Origin: Raillietiella orientalis | Lineage: Eukaryota | Length of the DNA: 64,000 bases | Direction: 5' to 3' | NCBI GenBank assembly: GCA_036172245.1 | Contig: JAYWIR010000006.1 | Span: 1,488,001 to 1,552,000 of the forward strand | Shown here: in pieces, positions 37,800 through 50,350 of the stretch | Layout of the letters: each line of letters starts with the position of its first letter | Numbering within the stretch: position 1 is the first letter of the stretch | Made by a program: the position numbers and the translations under genes | The notes under the pieces: generated by a model | Seen by the model: the letters and a program-made list of their open reading frames with translations, nothing else | Databases searched by the model: none | Told to the model about the DNA's origin: nothing

Positions 37800-39480
37800 A
37801 ACTGTTGAAAGTTCAGCTGCAGGAAGTTCAGGAGGAACATTAAAAAGACCGGGAGAGGGACGGCGGGGAGACGAGGGGAGGGGCGGGGCAGGGAGGGAGG
37901 GAGGGAGTCCTCTAAATCCGGGACGGCGAGGCGAGGGGGAGATGGGTCTGTGGGAGCTGCAGGGCCCCTCGATCCGGCAGATTCCGAACCGCTCTCTCCT
38001 TCCCCGTGGGATATCCGGGGCGCACACACGTCCGCATAATCGATACGGGGAATTAGGAAGGGAGGGAGGGAGGGAGACCCTCGCGCGCTCATCCAGCCCG
38101 TGCTCCGTCTCCCGGGATCATTTGCATCCGGGCGGCTGTTGCAGTCTTTCAGGGACAGGATACGCGCGCAGCGGTCCTCAGCCCGAGGCCTAGAGCAGCG
38201 TGAGCTCACTGGCTCCCAGGACCTTCTTGCAACCTGCTCCGGGCAGACCGAGAGCGAGAGCGCCCTTCCGGCATCCAGGGTCGCGGTCCGGGCTCTCGCC
38301 CCCTGCATGACCCATCCCTCAGGGCGGACGGGGAGATCCGAAGTCGGGGCTTTCGAGATGGGAGGAAGACGTTCGTCTTCCGTCCCGGAGCCCGGAGACT
38401 GTCTCTCCCTTCGTCCGAAAGCCCCCCGAAGAGCTTTGCCCTCCAGAAGCGCGTTCGTCCGGGAACGTCATGGGAGGAAGCCGCAGAGTGAGGGGTCTTT
38501 CGGGAGCTGCGGCCTGACGTGACCCGAGGGTGGGTGACTGGAAGGTTCGGAGGTCCTCCCGCACACTGCCTCCCGCTTCCCTTTCCTGGGACACGCCTTC
38601 CGGGACTTCCCAGAAACGAAGGAGGCGCGTTTTCATCTCCTGGCAACTCTTCCTTCCCTTTCCCGCCTCCTTTCCTTTCTCTCTCGTCGCCTAGGGAGGG
38701 AGGGGGGAAGGGAGACCGAAGAGATGAGGACGATGGAGCTGTTCGTCCGTGGCGCACGCGCCTCACGAAGATCGAATGTCCAGAAATCCCCGAGGGGATG
38801 AACCAATGCATGCCACGGTCGCCCACCCGCAAGACCCTGCTGAAGCATCCCGATGGTGCAGCAGGGTTCCTTCCGGGAAGGATCCACGATCCGCAGCCGG
38901 GATGCTGCGGTCCGGCCACCCGACTTTGCTGGGGGTGTTCCCGTGCCGCTGCTTTGGAGAGTTCAGTGGCAGGACGCTGGATGCGTGAGGGCGGCGGGTA
39001 GGGGGGGACCACGCGAATCCGCAGCAGCGAGGAAGGAAGGCCCGGACCCCCTTCCAGGGTACGAAGGGGGCCGCGAAGTTCTTATGGGGAGGCGTGAAAA
39101 CGAGGGCAGATTCTATGGAGAGTAGGCAGCAGTGCCGCTCCAGGACTCGTCAGGCGACCGGTGGTCGCCGGGGAGCACCTAGCCGCAAGCGACCTTGGGA
39201 CACGTGGGGACGACGCCTTGGAGAGGCGTCGCATAAGGAAGCACCCTCCTGCTCCTCCCCTCCGGGTGGTCACCTCCTTTCACCGATCCCTCTCGGCGCT
39301 CTCCGATTGAGAGGCTCCGCAAGCTGCACTGCCGCCACCTTCGTCTCGCTTGCCTGCGCTTCGCGCGGCGTTCCCGGATGGCGCGCGCGCTCCCGCTCCA
39401 ATCCCGTTTCTGAGAACCCGCTTCCCCCTCCTGTCGAACGGAAATTTCGGATCCGCAGGGGATCCGCTCTCCCCTCTTTA
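37800..39480 (+). mobile_element. LINE RT relic
   Basis: TLLKHPDGAAGFLPGRIHD (li..dQ.GF.PGR.I.D) at ~38835-38890. Confidence 0.55.
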
Positions 39481-40019
39481 ATGAATTTGCGCTTCAGGCG
39501 TCGCCGGTGAGGCCTCGGACCCGCCCTGCGTGCGTCGCTGCCGGGATGTCAGGGATCTCAGCGATCGGGGACGCATCGCCCGCTCGCTCCGCGTTCCCGC
39601 CACTCGCCCTCTTCAACGTGGCGCTAGAGGTGCGCCCATCCCGGCGCACCGCCCCTGGCGCGAGAAGGGAGAGAGGCCCGAGAAAGCGGAGGAAGGTGGG
39701 AAACGGAGGAGCGTGTGCAATTCCGGGGGGACACCGGTCGACGGGAAGGTCGCACGGTGATCCATCTGGTGTTTCCTGTTTCCTCCGGCGTTCTTCCTGC
39801 CGTCCTCCTAGCAGCACCAGCTGGCCTTGGCAAACGACGCTCTCAAATCGCACCTCCACAACTCCTTGCTCCTTGAGTGTGTTGCAGGAGGAGGAGGAGG
39901 AAGAGGAAACGAGGAGGAGGAGCAGGAAAAAAGGAAGGAAGAGGAAGAAGAAAGGAGTAAGCGGGAGGATAGAGGGATAAGAAGGAAGAGAATGAAGAGG
40001 AAAAGGAAGAACGTGACGT

Positions 40020-43000
40020 CTCTTGGAGTTCCTTCCTTGTTTTGTTCGTTCCTTCGTTTGGCAACCGATGTGGCGCTTGCCGCTACCGCTGACCAGGGGG
40101 TTGTCCATCATCCCCACTCCCTGAATGCCCTCTCCATTTGATCCTCCACTCAAGGCTCGGTAAGCCCCTCATGAGGGTTTCTTCCTCTGGGCTAGTGCCA
40201 TGGGGGTTCTCAGCTCCTTGATGGTTTCCTCTCTCAGCGAATCCCGTGACCCTAGAAATCAGCCACTCTGATTGATGCTGTAGCTCCCTTGAGGACAAAA
40301 CCAGTCCTCTGCTTGCAGATTGGCATGGACAGGCTGGCGACGCTCACGGCTCGCCGGTTCCCTTGGTGCATCACCGTTTTCCTGGTCACACGATTCCAGG
40401 AATGCTGTTGAAAGATGACCACGCTGAGGGGATGCCTTCTTCGAACACGTGGAGAGGACGAAGCTCTCCCTACCCGCTCCTTCATCTTCCACCTCATCTG
40501 ATGTTTCAGCAGGGGCAGACGGTGTCCCCCACTGCTGCTTCCCCACAACCCTGGAGCACTGAAAGGTGTGGCCTCCGAGTGGCCCGGCTGCCCCGCGGCC
40601 CTGCACTCGCTTTCAGGTCGCTCTTCCGGGCTGCTTCCCTCGGAGAAGCTGCTGCAGGCAACGTGCACGTGTCCCCACGGTACCCCGACCCACACCCGTC
40701 CCGGCAGAGGTTTTCGATGCGGGATCTCCCCTTCTCGGGGCCGGGTTCGAGTCGGACCCTCCTGTCGACCCAGTGGTGGGCACTTCCGGCAGAGGCCGGG
40801 CTGGAGTCCGAGCGGCGACCATCGCTTTGAAGAGGAAGAAGAGCCGCCGACCGCTCCGGGCGAGAGAGACCGACAGGGTGCGCGTGCTCTTCGACAGGGT
40901 GCGGTCTTAGGGAGCTCTTCCGGGCGCTAGGATGCAGGTGGAATGTCGCCTGTCGAAAAGGTGCGAACGCTCCCGGGGTCCGAAGCCGCTCCCGTCCCTT
41001 TCCCTGCGGCCGTCCGCTCGGTTAGGGAGCCGCGCTGGCTCCAGCGGATGGTGGCGTTCATCCGTGGGAGCCTCCCCTTGCTACGCGCACAGGCGAGTCC
41101 AATCGCGCTTTTGCGCGAGGGCGCGTGAAGGGCGCAGCTGCCGCCTTCTCCCGCGGGTACGAAGCTCGAGAGGGCGAGTGAATGAAGGGCAGCAAGCCGC
41201 GGTGGTTCCAGACGGAGGAGCTCTTTGTCGTTCCGCGCCGGTCGGTAGCTGGGAGAATGGAGGGGGAGGGGAAGGCAAGGCACCCCACGCGGCGCAGGGG
41301 TACCCCCGTGGCCTACTGCCGACTCCACAGCACCGCAGTTTTCGTCGGCAGACTGGGCATGGGGATGCGGGAGGGGTGTTCTTCCTACCGCCCTCCAGGC
41401 AGCACGGGCCAACGCCGGCAAACGGCGCTGGCAGATTGCGCCCTCCGCGCTTCCTTCTACATCGCAAGCGTCGCAGGGGGAAGGCGATGGGGAGGGAGAG
41501 GAACGTGGCCTCCCTTTGAGATCCTTCCTTGTTTCCACTGTGGTGGGGATCAAGGAGGGGAGGGAAAGGAATGGGACGAGGCGGCAGTGGTGCCTTCCGG
41601 GTGATTCCAGGCGTCGGATGGCCGCCGCCGGGTGAAAGGAGCGACTCCGTCCGGAAGTGACTCCGTCAGATCGAGATGGCGCCCCTGTCTGCTGGTTCAT
41701 CGCCTGCGATGTGGGTTCCGTGCAGGGCAGGTTCCGGAGCGCGGAGACGCCTCCGGGAGCCCCTCGGCCCTCCTTCCGCCGAACGCTCCTTGCGTGCGGT
41801 CCTCGGGGAAGCCACGGAGGAGGGGCAGCTGGTGGCCAGCCCGCACGGGCGAACCGGAAGACAGGCGGGGAGGGAGGGTGTCTGCGTAGCCTACCTGGAT
41901 CTCGGGAGGCGGGGAGCGACCACCACTGAGGCGGTGCCCTGTTTTGTCCGGCGCGCCTCCTCCCGAGGAGCGGTGCCGGGCGTCCGCGAATGCGAACAGC
42001 CTCTTTCGGCGTCGAGAGGTGGCGTGCAAAGATGGCGTCTGGAGGTAGCAGCAGCGAGGGCTGGACAAGGCATGCCCTCGTTGCTGCTACCTCCGGTGCA
42101 GCTAAAACCGGGCTTCGTTCCCGCCCTCCGGGCACCGCCGCAGGTGCGGAGGTCTGGAGACGTCTTGCTCCGTGCTGTGAAGGCAGAAGAGCCCGCCAGA
42201 AGGCGCGTCTTCCAGAGTCTGCCGAAGAAGCGGAGGTACGATCCCTGCGCTGCTCGTGGTTAATGCCGGCCCGCGGGTGGTCTCCCAGCTACCTTCCGCA
42301 GATGCCCTCCGAGCTCCGGGGCGCGGCCTCTCCTGGCTGGCTGCGGAAACGCCTCGCTTTCGTTTGGGCTGGAGTCCTCTCCCGAGGAAGGTGTGAGGGT
42401 TTCCGTGCATTTCCGGCCTCACGGACGTCCTCTCCAGAATGCTCCCGAGGGAGGCGGCGGTTCCCCGTAGGGCGACCCGTCCCTGGCACCTGCGAGCTGC
42501 CTGAGGGGATAAAGGCTGCCTTGGTCGCCCTGCTGTCCCTTATGCGGAAACTTCGTGCCCACCTTCCCGTTCCTTGTTCGCCGTCCCGCCGTCTTCTGAA
42601 GCCGACCCGCCGGATGTTCCCTTTCTTTGACGGCCGTTTCTCATCTCCGGAGGCAGCAGCTCCCGCGAAGAGCCCTCCGGTGGCGCTTTCCTGACCTGCT
42701 GGCTTCGGTGCAAGGGCACTCGCCACTGCGAGAGATGGGCGCTGTCGTTTTTTTTCGACCTCGCGGTGTTTTTCCGGGACGGTGGTGTTCCCTCCGAATA
42801 CGACTTCCTTTGAAAGAATTTTTACGCCTTGGGATGTTTCGTGTCAGGGACGGTGCTCCCTCTCGGCAGCACTCCGCCGCTGGTGTTCCTCATCTTACGG
42901 TGTGTCATCGCGCTGCTCACTTCCTCCTCCGCTTCGGCGTGCGCCCTTGGGCGGCTCCCCTCCGACTTCGAGCTGCTGTGGGAACCTCGCAAGAAAGGGG

Positions 43001-43700
43001 GCGGGGGAGCCTTGGGTGACCGGGAGCGCCTCCGGGACTCCGGCGCTCTTCCCTGCTCGTTGCCGAGTCTAGCTCCATGCAGGGGAGAGGCAGCTCCGAG
43101 CTACAGATCCGCCGACGTCGCGTAGGTCTCGGAGGTGGCGGCGACGCCCCCTGAAACCGAGTCTCGCTCTCGATGTGTGCGGAGAGGCGACTACCCTTCC
43201 TACTGCCCCACCCGGGTCTTCTCGCCTCGGACTTGGAGTTCTCCGAATCGCCTCCTTCCTCCCTCGCCGGACTCACACCCGAGCTCGTTGCCCGTGGTTA
43301 CCGGAAATTAAAGCTCGCCAAGAAGCGACGAAAAAAGGAAGGGGACGTGGGAGCATGCGCACGCACACAGGGACGCAGGAAGAGGAGCGATTCCTCCGCT
43401 TCCGGAGTGCGGGAACGCCCAACCTCGGCTGCCCCGATGCTCGTGTGGGTTGCGAGAAAGGGGCTAGGAGGGGTGGGGAAGCTTTCGCCGAGCCGAAGAA
43501 GCCGACGAACGCTCCTGCAGCTCAGTTATGCGATCCCTCCACAGATGCCATTGAGGGGCGCTATTCCACCGGTGCTGGGAGATGGTGGTTTGGCGGCCGC
43601 CTCTGTCGGAGGCGATAATAGTTCGCCTTCGAGGCGCGACATATGTGCGGATGCCTCTTCCACGCAAGAAGGCAACCCTAGTCGCGCCGGGGCGTCCCAG
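40020..43700 (-). mobile_element. Decayed LINE ORF2
   Basis: PGRHHCRLVPFL (RQGCPL), SADENC (YADD position, ~41340), WVGVPWG (YLGVP.G), WNRVTRKTVM..VSVASL. Confidence 0.6.
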
Positions 43701-44039
43701 GAAGCCGCCTCCGAGAGTCCAGGCGTCCAGTGGGAAGATCGGCCGTAGCTGTTGGGGCCGACCAAGAGCTCCGGCTGACGGAGCGGACCCTTCTCGCTGC
43801 CGGACGCAGGTCAAGAAAGGGAGACCCTTGCCCCTCCCTCGGTGCTTCCCTGCGGAAGTGGCGCGGAGAGAGACGAGAAGAGAACCTCGACCAGCCTAAG
43901 ATGGGAGGAAGGGCTGCTCAAAGCCGCCGAGGAAAGAACTCCCGAGGCGACATCGCACCGGGCGGTCCTCCACTCCAGCCGCCTCTGCTGAAGCTCTCGC
44001 GGCTGGGGTGAGAGTGCGGGGAATGAGAGAGAGAGAGAC

Positions 44040-44615
44040 TCCTGATCAAGGGAAGAGGGGCATCCAGCGGGGTCACATCTGAGGAGACAGCGGATCTCCA
44101 GCATGTTCACGTCTCTACTTCTCGGGGAAAGGCGGAAAGCACAGACGGAGCGCAAGTGCCTCCTCCCAGCAGACCCTTCACTGCTCACCCTTCTGGCCTA
44201 TGGAGACCTCTCCAAAGAAGGACCAGGAGCGGCTGTGTCCTTCACCGGCGCTCTCAACTCGGGAGCACCCCAGGAGGGAAGCGTTGGTAAACGTCCTTTT
44301 CAGTGGGCAACCCGCGCACGGTGTATCGGTGCGACGCGGAGCAAGACAGGGCAACAGTCCAAGTCCCCCGTTCTTCGGCACCTACTCCGAGTTGGTGCTG
44401 AGAGCTCACAGGCAGACTCTGTCTCGCCTGGGATGGATAGAAGAGAGAAAGGGGGGATGGGAGAGAGAGGAAAAACAAAAAGCAGGGGGAACTGGCCTCG
44501 AAAGTGCTCCACACCGCGGCTCGTTCCAGCAAATGAGCCCTACCTCCTTGGGACATGCCGAGTTCCTGTGCTGCCTTCTGGAAACAGCCGGTCCAGTCTC
44601 TAGCGCGAATGCCCC
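44040..44615 (-). mobile_element. LINE RT C-terminal fragment, back-to-back with the + strand copy
   Basis: AHLLERAAVWSTF then VPKNGGLGLL. Confidence 0.6.
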
Positions 44616-45011
44616 GTTACGCCTGCCGTGGCGGCCTATGCAGGCGACCTTTCGCTGCTGCTCTCCCATGTCCACCCCGGCGTCTGCACTCGAGGCTTCT
44701 TCGAGCTGCTCAGCCGCAGGTCGGGCCTGAGGGTGAATAGGGAGGAATCGTCCGTGGTTCCAGTTGGCGCGGCGTGGGCAGTACGGCCGGACTGGATTCG
44801 CTTGAGGATGCACACGGCTTGAAGCACGTTGGGCTCTCGCTGGGGGACTTTCGCGCTTCAAGAGACTGGACCGTCTGTTTCTAGAAGGCAGCACAGGAGC
44901 TCGGCATGTCCCAAGGAGGTAGGGCTCATTTGCTGGAACGAGCCGCGGTGTGGAACACTTTCGTGGGCCGTTCCCCCTGCTTATTGTTTTTCCTCTCTCT
45001 CCCACCCCCCC
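44451..45011. repeat. Inverted repeat: arms 44451-44615 and 44843-45011, loop ~227 bp
   Basis: 8 mismatches over a 140-bp core by manual alignment, including a 55-bp perfect run ctcggcatgtcccaagg...gccgcggtgtgga. Confidence 0.95.
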
Positions 45012-46290
45012 AACTCAAGTAGAATAATAAAGCGGACGAAGGACTTTCTCAGAATCTCCCTTTGGAACACAGGAAGGTCCCGAGTCCGTCTGAAGGACTT
45101 AGGCGCTCCGCCTCGGGACGGCGGTCTCAGCCTCCTGATGCTGGAGCGAATGGAGACGCGGCAGCTCCAATTTCGGATCCGCCCCCTCGTGGCGAAGTTC
45201 TGGAGGACCACCTGGTGCAAGCCTGCGAGCCTTCTCGTCCAGCAAGCCTCCGGCAGCGTGGACTCGCGTCCTTCTTTGTGCGCCGTCGACGCGATGCGCC
45301 TCACTGTAAACTGCAGTTCTGGCGGGTGGCCACGCTGACCAGGACGAACAGCTGGATCTCGTTCCGCCTCCCCCCTTCCTTCCGCGGGCGATGGTGCCCG
45401 ATTGCGGGAAACCGTTGGCACGTGGGTGGGCGAAGAACAAGAGAAACGCCTGGAACAGGCACAAAGATTCCTGTACTGTTTCTACAACTGTTCGTTCTGG
45501 AAGATCATCGAACATCCCCGGGAAGAGCGCGTGGGCAGGAAGAACTCTCTTGCTGCCGCATTGCCCTCCCTAAGGAAACTCTTGGGCAGCAGCCTTCCAT
45601 GCGGATGGGGAGGTCTCGGTGGAAACTTCCTTCAGGAGAAGAGGACTAGGTGGGGGAACGATGGGCCCGTTCACGGACGCTGAGACCCCGACTACCCCGC
45701 CTAGAGGACTTCTGAGTTGGGGCGAGCTGCTGAATAGTCCACTGGGAGATCTGCAGTGGCCTGCAGAGTTCTTGGATGACCGCATCCTCCTCTTAAAGTG
45801 GCAGGGGTCGGCGTTCATGCTGCTGCACTGGGACCTCCCGTGCAACGCTCACAGGCATCACTGGACACAGGGGAGGTGTGGACCCGAACTGTGGCAGGTG
45901 TGGGGAACGCGAATCTCTCCCGCAACTGCTCATGGATTGCGTTGCCCTCAGGCCCCTCTGGGAACGCTCTGTCACGACCCTTGGAACAGCGGCAACCCCA
46001 GGGACTCTATCAGACTCCTCTTCGTCACGCGAGTCCCTTCGGTCGGCAGTCTCGCTGCCTGTTTTCTGCTGCCTACGCGGTATTGTAGCCACCTGGAGTG
46101 ATGCAAGTGATGCAAGAGGAGGACGGAGTGACAGGGGTTCCACATCCACTTTGCAGTTCGCTTCCTGAGGATGTCTACGAGATGACCCCGTCTGGAAAAG
46201 AACATGCAGCGAGAGCTTGCCGGCATCCACGAAAGGATGCAGAGGACCACTCCTAGCAGGACGTGACTCCTTCCAGCACCCTCCCAAGTT
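44616..46290 (+). mobile_element. Best-preserved Tx1/L1-clade LINE, 5'-truncated (RT catalytic motif to zf-RVT)
   Basis: VAAYAGDL (YADD), SGLRVNREES, LLERAAVWNTF, SLWNTGRSRVRLKDLGAPPRDGGLSL, FMLLHWDLP, PNCGRCGERESLPQLLMDC..LW; T/A-rich tract after 46288. Confidence 0.85.
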
Positions 46291-46499
46291 TATTTATTTA
46301 TTTTTCCTTTTTTGTTCCCCCTCCCACTTCCCTCACCGGTCTGTGCACCGGCAACCCAGCAAGTTCCATTCGAAATGGACATGGATTGATCACTGGTCCA
46401 GCCACAAAACATGCAAATGTTTATTTTTAGTAAATAAACCACATCTGGCGCACTTGGATGAAAATCCAGGAAGGAAGGAAGAAAAGGCCGTTGCCAGGG

Positions 46500-48000
46500 G
46501 CGACGAAGCGCCCGCGCTTCGCATGCTAAGTCAAGCCGCGAGAACGCTGGGGCGACGGTAGCGTGCCTCACCGGCCGCAGCGCCTGTTCTTCGGCTTTGG
46601 ATTCGTCCCCGGGAACGCGCGGAAAACGTCCTGGAAACCTTTCGGACCCTTCGCGGAAGTGGGATTTTAGCCATGTGGAGCCCGGCGGTGGTGCCTGGAG
46701 TGCGCTCTGGTAGCACGGGAGAAGGGAAGGGGTGAAGGGAGGGCGAGTCGCCTCAGCTTCGAAGTGGTTTGCTTTCGGAAGCCGGAAAGAGGGACTTGCG
46801 TCTCCGGGAGTTCCTCTCCTTGTCGTGGGGAAAGGATGAAAGTGAGTTCGGCTTGGACGGAGGAGACCCCCCTCGGGCTGTGATTGTTCCATTCCCTGCA
46901 GAGTTTCTTTCTGACTCCCCTCTTTTCGGAACTTGTCCAGTCCAGCGGTTCGCACGATCTCCCCTTTGATCCCTCTGGTCGAGCGGCTCTGCAAGCAGAA
47001 AAAACTGGCGCGAGGACGCGTCCGTGTTGCAGAGAAAGGGAGGGCACCTTCCTTCTGGGGAGAGGGGATGGCGCACGGTCGTAGCGGTGGCCGGATGGGA
47101 AAAGGAGAGGTTGCCTCTTGTGACGCTTGCCGGCCATGCCCAGCAGCACCTCCTCCACGCGCCCGCGGCGCAGCTGACCTCCCGAGAGCGAAGGTCTCCC
47201 CCCTCTCCCCGCGCCGCTGCCCGACTTGCCCGGGACGGGTACGGAGGGGAGGAGATCTTTCTGGGGAAGAAAGGAGTCCTCCAGTTCACCTTCCTCGCCC
47301 CCGACTCGAACGCCATGGTACGTCCGTCTCTCCGCGCCGATCCCCTCCTCATGCGGGCGTTCCTCATCCTCTGGAAGGCGAGGGAGGTCACTCCTCAGGG
47401 TTCGGTCGTTCCAGGAACTCTCAGGGAGCTCGGGGAGCCATCTTGGGTCTTCGGGATGCAAGAAACGCAGGAGGACGCAGAGGGGACGAGGCACGGACGT
47501 CGCGCTCCACCCCTCTGGGCATCGCTGGCAGTGCATCGTGCCTCCGAGAGCTCACGTTGAGACTCCTGGCGCAGGCACCACGAGCTGAAAGGAAGGAGTT
47601 CCTTTCGGCTCGTGGAAGGACTCGTTCCATTGCCACCCAACGAAAACACTGTGGTGGGGATGGGAGAATCCAGGAAATGTCCCGAGCAGGCTACGAAGGG
47701 AGGAAAACCCTGCAATTCCCGTTCGTGGGGAAACGCTTTCGCGGCGACCGGCAGAGGCGGGAAGACTGGAGGACTCCTTCGGGGCAGGCTGGTAATGCGG
47801 AGAGCGAGGGAGAGGAGGCAGGGCTTCGGCACCTTCCCTGGAGAGGTCGCCACCTCTTTCGAGAGCAGCGGCAGAACGCTGCAATCCGAGCTGGTGAGCG
47901 CAGCAGCACCATCTGTGGGAATGCGAAGGAACCAGCTCCCGGGGACGCCGCGGCGTGGCCGGATGGGAACCTCGGCTGCTCCTCCTCCTGACCCTCACCT
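46500..48000 (-). mobile_element. LINE RT relic
   Basis: VAAKAFPH (D..KAFD), GNGTS...LLPFS, RRTYHGVRVG (YLGV.VG). Confidence 0.6.
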
Positions 48001-48851
48001 GAGAGGGGGGTGGGGCTGCTTTCTCCTGCCAAGGTCGGAGGGTCGCTGTGGATCCTCCTGCTGCTATCCTCCCCTCTTCCCTCGGGATCGCCTACCGGTT
48101 GGCCTTGACGTTTGTGTTCGCTCCTCCTCCGCGTCCGCAACGTGCCCGGCCATGGCCGAACGGAGGAGGGGGGGGGGGGAGTGAAGAGCGGACGGAGCGG
48201 ACGTCCCTCATCTCGCGCCCCCATCAAAACCGGGATGGCGCGCGTCGTGCCCCTAGGCGTCCGTGTGGCTACGAAACGACTCTCTAAGGAAAACAAACAA
48301 ACTGCAAGGGTATTCGAGCTCCTCAGGAGGACACGCAGAGGTTCCCCCTCGACCCCACGGTACCCTAGGGAGTCTTCCCTTTCTTGGACGGCGGCGCGCT
48401 CACTGGCGCCAGGTTTCGTGACCATCCTCGAGCCAGCTCTGACGGTGAGCACCGGAGCTGGTGGGACGAGGACGGAGCAATCGTTGCTGTCCGCAGACGC
48501 GCGCTCTGGCGCCACGTCTACTGCGCTGGTGCGAAGTCCAGGGCGCGCGCGCGATACTTGCCCCACCGTGGAGACGCTGGTGAACATCCGGCCCTCGGCG
48601 GGGCGCACGTCCCTAAACTGTCCCTTCGCTCGCCTAGGAAGGGCGCGAGGCGAAGGAAGGGGACGTTCCCGGAGCGCGGGCGAGTCCCTCCGGCCGGATG
48701 CCAGCGAAGGACTCGAGCCGCTCCCCCGCCTTCAGAAGCCCGTACAGAAGTTGCCACGACGTTCAAGAGAGGGCAGGAGAGCGGCGACGAGGTCTCCCCT
48801 TTCGCGGCGGCACCTCTCGACTGAGAGTCAGGTTGAATCCCTTCTGTCGCG

Positions 48852-49050
48852 GATGTCCCTACTGCATCTCCCTTATTTGGGCCTTTCCGTCGCGTCCCCT
48901 CTATCCGGGATGCCTCTGTTTCATCTCCATTAACACAAGATGATTCCATTGGATCCCTCTTAATTGGGGTTGTCTCCGTCTCATCTCCCTTAATTAAGGA
49001 TACTCCTATGATACGCCGTTTGATCTCGGATGTTTCATATGCATCATGCG
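48852..49050. repeat. Degenerate 30-bp tandem repeat (~6.5 units), open reading frame on both strands
   Basis: Unit starts at 48852, ~48882, 48909, 48939, 48969, 48999 and 49029. Minus strand reads IKGDETETTP/IKRDPMESSC/VNGDETEASR; plus strand reads DASVSSPLTQ/DDSIGSLLIG/VVSVSSPLIK. Confidence 0.85.
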
Positions 49051-49399
49051 GAGTTCCTTCCATCCCTAGGGATTCTCCGGCTGCGTATCACACCCCCCTG
49101 TAGGGGAGGGGGCGCCTCCGTTTTGTCCCCTTTGGTGCGAAAGCCCCTGCCTTCATCTCCGTGCCCTTCTCCGGGGATCCAACTCCCACTCCTCTCCTGC
49201 AGGAAGTCCTCCCTTCGGCTCGCCCCTTTCCCAGCTTTTACGCGGTCCTCTCCTCTCCTTCTTTCGAGGTCCTGGCGAAAGCGACTGTTGTCCCTTGGCA
49301 GAGGATGCCGAACTTCCGCTTTCGCTTGCGAGATGTCGCCGCAGCAGCGACCGCTGTCAGCGCTGACGACGACGGCGACGATAGCGGTTAGGTGCGTGG

Positions 49400-50350
49400 C
49401 CTCAAGTCAGCTGCCGTGTCCTTTCCATCCCCCGGAGGGGCGGGCAGGTAGCTCTCTGTTTTCCTCCCACCACGAGAGTTTTCGGCGTCCATCCTGGGGG
49501 CTGCCGGATCTGGCACCCCTGAGGAACCAGGAAGCTGCGCTCGGATGATCCCTTCGATTGACCTCATCGAACGGGGCTTTCCGGGGCCGAGCGGTCCCTC
49601 TCCTGTCCCCCCAGTCGTTGAAGAAGGGGCCACAGAAGGTGTCCCAAGCAGTCATTCCTGATCCTCCGATCCGATCCTCCCTTCCTCAACTCCCTCCTCC
49701 ATGTCTCGAAGGAGTCTTCCAGATGATTCGAGAGGGATTGGCCGCAAGGGGGGGGGGGGGTCTCGCCTCGACCTGGACTCCTCTAAGTCTCCGGAAATCT
49801 GCACAAACAGAGCTGCAGAGGCCGCCGCGGAGCGGACGAGGCGACTCCTCCCTCGCTTCAGCATGCGAACATCCCCGTTCTTGAGGGAGGAACGCTTGTG
49901 GGAGTCGCCGCAGTGCTGAGTCTGGGAAGGAGATGCGTGTTGGCTGGACTTGGCGCCCTCATCGGGCCGCACCACGCAACCCTCATGCATGAAAATTCGA
50001 AAGAGCGTAAGGAGGCAGAGGAGGAGGGAAGGAGGAGAAAGGAGGGAGAAGGAAGAGGAGGAGGAGGAAGGAAAGAGGTAGGAGGAGGAAGGGAGGTCTC
50101 TGGAGCCGAAGAAGGATGGTTTCTTTCAGTCGAGGCAGGAGAGAGGGAAATGAGCCTTGTTTCCCAGAGATCCCAGTTTGGGATCTCCACACATGTGCTG
50201 GACTACCTGCTTCTGCTCCTTGGAGGGAGGAGGAGAGGACGAGGGATCTTGGGCCCTTCTCAAGGCCGGAGATCATTCGGCAGCCAGCCACTGGAGGGGG
50301 GCAGTGCTGCAAGGAAGGTCTTGCCTCTCTAAGTTGCTCGGTCTTCCCAG
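49400..50350 (+). mobile_element. LINE RT N-terminal relic
   Basis: GFPGPSG, LPPPCLEGVFQMI, EICTN...RTRRLLP. Confidence 0.4.

Noticed and set aside
44451..45011. MITE interpretation of the inverted repeat
   Set aside because: The arms and loop are RT coding sequence continuous with the flanking LINE, and I see no TSD
48852..49050. 30-bp repeats as a CRISPR or guide-RNA array
   Set aside because: Contiguous degenerate units with no conserved-repeat/unique-spacer alternation
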